A stretch of DNA of 64,000 nucleotides, taken from assembly GCF_009914755.1 (NCBI RefSeq), contig NC_060934.1. One strand, given 5' to 3'. A model generated the notes under the pieces. That model was not told the DNA's origin. It ran no database searches and was given only the letters and a program-made list of their open reading frames with translations. Origin of the DNA: the human T2T-CHM13v2.0 reference genome, Homo sapiens. Position numbers and translations under genes: made by a program. Below are positions 62,115 through 64,000 of the stretch, one piece after another; position 1 is the first letter of the stretch, and every line of letters starts with the position of its first letter.

Positions 62115-64000
62115 GCTTAGAGTTTCCTGGCAACCAAAAGGAAAAGGGAGACATGGTCTGTTACATTGTTACTGTTCAGCAGAACATACCAGCAGAACAT
62201 ACCAGTTCTTCAGGGAAAGTAACCTTTTCCCTAACACTCAGCTTTAAAAGAAATGTCTTATATGAGCTTCCAATAGAGGATTTGAGCCATAGAAGTTCAC
62301 ATAGGGCTGTAAAATCTGGTTATACCAGGATATATCCCTCGGAGATGTTGGTGCAGAGGGCAGCGTGCTTCTACATTAAATGGCTCCAGACTGCTGTGCC
62401 TGCTGAGCTCTTGGGACCAATTTTCACGTACCTCCCCTCCCTTGTTGTTGGCTACCCCTTGGGGGCCTGTCGCGAAGGCCCCTCTCCCTGTCCCCATTAG
62501 CTGCTCAGTCTTTTCAGGGTGAGAGGATGCACACACAAACATTGCTGTGATCTTCTGGCTGCCCAGGAGTCCCCCTTCTGACTTCCTGTCCTGTGGCCCC
62601 GTGCAGGATGGAAGAGGCTACTGGACCCTGGTCTTGGGGCCTGTGAACTTCAGCAGAGCCTCTTGCAGAATATCGATTCTATGGTCAGGCAGGTAAACCC
62701 AGGCAGGCTTTACTTTTGGAAAGACTATGGATGCATCGTATCCCCTCACCCCTTGGTGAGGGGCTCTCCTGGCAGGGTGAGGTGAGTCCCCCCTGGGCCT
62801 GGAGAAGGGTTCTGGGCTCTGATGCCAGAGAGGCCTCTGCCAGTTGCCTGTGTGCTAAGAGACTCATCCCCCGAGGTCACCAGAGCTGGCCCAGTGAAGT
62901 CACTCTTGTCACCTCCCTACGTACCATGCAGCTTACCTATTTGTTATGTTCATTATCTCCCTTTCTACAGTGTAAGTTCCATGAAGGCAGGGACTTTGTC
63001 TTGTTGTTCTGTATTTCAAGTGACTAGAACTGGGATTGACATGCAATAGGTGCTCAGTTAATATTTGTTCAATGAACAAATGAATGAACCAATGAGATGG
63101 AAAGCACTCACTCCCATCATGTGCCCGTGCACCTGCTCTCCAGGCCTGACCCTCTCCATAGGGGTTGTGTTTATGGCCTGGAAGGGCCAAAAACACTGGC
63201 TGACTAATGCCCAGTGGGCACTGGGCATGGCTGGGACTGAGGCTACCTGGAGAACCAGCTAAACCGAGGGAGGTCGTCTTGCCTGCACATCAAGCCCTGA
63301 CATTTAGAATGACCTAGATGACATCTGAGGCCCAACCCTCTCTCGGAAGGAGAGAAGACACCCTCCCTTTCCTTTGCAGGGGCTGGAATTGTGAACAAAT
63401 CACGCCAGCCAGCATTCTTGTGCTCCTCCATGTGCCCAGCCCCGTGATAAGCACTTTATATGTGTATCTCACTTTATGTCCAAAACAGCCCTAGGAGGTG
63501 GGTTCTGTGATCATCACAACCTATTCATTCATTCATTTTCTCAGTTAACAAATATGTATTGAGTACCTCTGCGTGCCAGTTCCTTAGCAGCCCACCTAAG
63601 GTTGGGCTCTGCTCCTAAGTGGCAGAGCAAGATCTGGACCCAGGAAATGTGACACCAGAGGGCACGCTGGGGGCTCTGCTGTTGCCCTCCTGAGTCATCA
63701 CTGGCGCCTGCAGCACTCACGGCAGCGTTCACTTACATGTAGAGCAGCGGGGCTGGGGGGGACGGTCATGGGCTGGACCAGGAAGTCTCACTCTCTTCCC
63801 TGGTGGTTGGAGAAGGAGACCCTGCGGGGCACAGGTGGTGATGGGAAGTGCCCGCGGCAGCCTGTGAGTTAGGGCCTGCCTGGGGAGGGGTTTGATGAGG
63901 TCTAGGGCGTGACCACAGGTTTCCCTATGCCTAAATTAATCAGTAGTCGGGAGTTCTGGAGAGCACCTCTCTTCCCAAGAAGGAAGTTTTGGCAGCACTC

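Overview
Primate (very likely human) genomic DNA containing the promoter and first five coding exons of the tetraspanin gene TSPAN15 on the + strand. It has a CpG-island promoter at about 11.3-12.3 kb and the ATG at 11642. Coding exons lie at 11642-11737, 43738-43923, 45188-45262, 55653-55748 and 58339-58455, giving 190 codons with all introns GT-AG and phase 0. The rest of the large extracellular loop, TM4 and the stop codon lie beyond the window end. The remainder is repeat-rich intergenic and intronic DNA: about 30 Alus, MIR/L2/L1 fragments, MLT1/MLT2/MER21 LTRs, DNA-transposon relics and a complete solo MER11 LTR with a 6-bp target-site duplication. Almost all ORFs in the supplied track are spurious. 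I find no support for a new protein-coding system. The most unusual unexplained structures are (i) a non-Alu 119-bp inverted repeat in intron 1 that could fold into a long pre-mRNA hairpin, and (ii) a mosaic of locally copied segments in intron 3 that looks like an old template-switch rearrangement. Repeat family names are from recognition of consensus sequences by eye, and repeat boundaries are approximate unless a target-site duplication (TSD) is given.
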